64,000 nucleotides of DNA from Hormiphora californensis (Eukaryota; Animalia; Ctenophora). Below the pieces are notes generated by a model. The model saw only the letters and a list, made by a program, of their open reading frames with translations, did no database searches and was not told the origin of the DNA. Below are positions 61,417 to 64,000 of the stretch, one piece after another. Numbering within the stretch: position 1 is the stretch's first letter; each line of letters begins with the position of its first letter. A program made the translations under genes and the position numbers. Location of the stretch: the NCBI GenBank assembly GCA_020137815.1, contig CM035354.1:1-64000 (forward strand), given 5' to 3'.

Positions 61417-63118
61417 AAAAACGGGGCACCGCTGTATTACACGGTAACCCCAAAAACGGGGCACCACGGCAACCTAAAATCGGGGCGCCACTGCACTATT
61501 ATACGGCAACCCCAAAAACGGGGCACCACTGCATTATACGGCAACCCAAAAACGGGGCGCCACTGCACTATACGGCAACCCCAAAAACGGGGCACCACTG
61601 TCTCACGCGGCAACCCCAAAAACGGGGTACCACTGCATTATACGGCAACCCAAAAACGGGGCGCTACTGCACTATACGGCAACCCCAAAAACGGAGCACC
61701 ACTACATTATACGACAACCCAAAAACGGGGCACCACTGCATTATACGGCAACTCTAAAAACGGGGCACCACTGTCTCACGCGGCAACCCCAAAAACGGGG
61801 CACCACTGTCTCACGCGGCAACCCCAAAAACGGGGCACTACTGCATTATACGGCAACCCAAAAAACGGGGCACCACTGCATTAAACGGCTACTCTAAAAA
61901 CGGGGCACCACTGTCTCACGTGGCAACCTCAAAAAAGGGGCACCACTGCATTATACAACAACCCCAAAAACGGGGCACCACTGCATTATACGGCAACTCT
62001 AAAAACGGGGCACCACTGTCTCACGTGGCAACCTAAAAAAAAAAAAAGGAGCACCACTGCATTATACAACAAACCCAAAAACGGGACACAACTGCATTAT
62101 ACGGCAACCCAAAAACGGGGCGCCACTGCACTATACGGCAACCCCAAAAACGGGGCACCACTGCATTATACGGCAACCCAAAAACGGGGCGCTACTGCAC
62201 TATACGGCAACCCCAAAAACGGAGCACCACTACATTATACGACAACCCAAAAACGGGGCACCACTGCATTATACGGCAACTCTAAAAACGGGGCACCACT
62301 GCATTATACGGCAACCCAAAAAACGGGGCACCACTGCATTAAACGGCTACTCTAAAAACGGGGCACCACTGTCTCACGTGGTAACCTCAAAAAAGGGGCA
62401 CCACTGCATTATACAACAACCCCAAAAACGGGGCACCACTGCATTATACGGCAACTCTAAAAACGGGGCACCACTGTCTCACGTGGCAACCTCAAAAAAG
62501 GGGCACCACTGCATTATGCAACAAACCCAAAAACGGGGCACAACTGCATTATACGGCAACCCAAAAACGGGGCGCCACTGCACTATACGGCAACCCCAAA
62601 AACGGGGCACCACTGCATTATACGGCAACCCAAAAACGGGGCGCCACTGCACTATACGGCAACCCCAAAACGGGGCACCACTGCACTATACGACAACCCA
62701 AAAACGGGGCACCACTGCATTAAACGGCAACTCTAAAAACGGGGCACCACTGTCTCACGCGGCAACCTCAAAAAAGGGGCACCACTGCATTATACAACAA
62801 CCCCAAAAACGGAGCACCACTGCATTATACGGCAACTCTAAAAACGGGGCACCACTGTCTCACGTGGCAACCTAAAAAAAAAATTAAAAAAAAAGGAGCA
62901 CCACTGCATTATACAACAAACCCAAAAACGGGGCACAACTGCATTATACGGCAACCCAAAAACGGGGCGCCACTGCACTATACGGCAACCCCAAAAACGG
63001 GGCACCACTGCATTATACAACAACCCCAAAAACGGAGCACCACTGTCTTATACGAAGCAACCACAATAAACGGGGCCCACTGCAACTATAGGCAACGCAC
63101 CCCAAAAACGGGGAACCA
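61417..63118. repeat. 34-35-bp minisatellite (~48 variant units) with higher-order structure
   Basis: Unit aaaaacggggcaccactgcattatacggcaacccc; a distinctive poly-A variant recurs at ~62032 and ~62871. Confidence 0.93.
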
Positions 63119-64000
63119 GTCTGATTACCAGATACTAAGGTCCCCCCCCAAAAATCGGATGCGCCACGATCTCAACAACACAGTCGCAAGCCAGCATAAA
63201 GTCGTGTGAAACCAACAACGTTGCAACATATGAACGTATCACCATGCAAATCCGCATAGAGTTGGATGTACTCCTTTATGGAACCCTACAACAGGCACTG
63301 CCACCCCTCCTAAAATCATGCAGCAACGACTTCGTCCACCCTGCCTATCACCCAATCGCAAAGTTAGCCATAACAGCATGCGGATGAAACAAACTAGCGA
63401 GAACAGCTACTATTGAACACGCGTATCTTTCCCAAATCACAACGCTCATCCGACTAAACTCCTGGTTTGGACGCTATCTAGATGGAAACCAATGAACAAA
63501 CAGTCAATGGGCCACTCCTGTCAATGAAGTGCATGCGAAACACTCGGTGGGACGACCTCCGCTTACCAACTACAAGGTTTAGCTCAGTGAATGCGGGGGT
63601 GTCAATAGGCGAGACGCTGGGTAGTTGTGGAAAACGGCTATGTTAGGCAACGACCTAGACTGGGAAACCAGGGGTGACTGACAGGCTTGTGTTAGTGCAT
63701 CCGCTGTCGTAGGTAGGATTTATGCAAAAACTATTAAGTGGGATCGCCTGTCGGTCTGCATCTCTAAGGTCATCACTGTCGGAGGGGACAACGGGGAAAC
63801 CCGTTTGAACACTGAAGGCGGTTTTGATCTGGGGGTGTGGGTCGGCGCCCGGGTTGTCGGTGTGTGGGCGCCAAGGGGAGATCCTGCGGAAATAAGGGCT
63901 AGCTGATCCCCAACGTCAGCAGTGTGGATGGAAGTACGGAGGTACATATACACGCACACACACCAAACAGTGTACACTCAATTATGAGGTGTTTTTGACT

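Noticed and set aside
61417-63118. CRISPR-like array or coding repeat (ORF 62378-62875)
   Set aside because: The variable parts are a few recurring 8-nt variants rather than spacers; the ORF is a by-product of the satellite.

Overview
Repeat-rich eukaryotic (animal) genomic DNA, probably a ctenophore. The interspersed repeat at ~43.8 kb matches my recollection of a Pleurobrachia bachei repeat, which I have not verified. The window is dominated by a ~34 kb minus-strand multi-exon Roco gene (12573-46672), which I assembled by hand from GT-AG exons with consistent phases; one stretch of COR is unresolved. It encodes an MGxxxS N-terminus, LRRs, a Roc GTPase, COR and a C-terminal Death domain. Its introns hold a LOA/Lian-like LINE with RNase H (one frameshift), an intact RTE LINE with a candidate 5' HDV-like ribozyme inserted in a foldback element, many MITEs, and a nested antisense two-exon gene for a small Cys-rich type I membrane protein. 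At the left end are a divergent 7TM receptor gene (+) and a spliced gene (-) whose two RRM-like domains resemble LINE ORF1 proteins. The most unusual pattern is that tandem duplications and minisatellites, mostly of 34-40 bp units, repeatedly sit exactly on splice sites. The extreme case is a 3.6 kb array of 97 near-identical 37-nt units, each reading as a complete GT...AG mini-intron and joined by AG|GT junctions. Several segments (about 3.9-4.6, 9.25-9.8, 15.8-16.0 and 50.4-53.25 kb) look like low-quality sequence.
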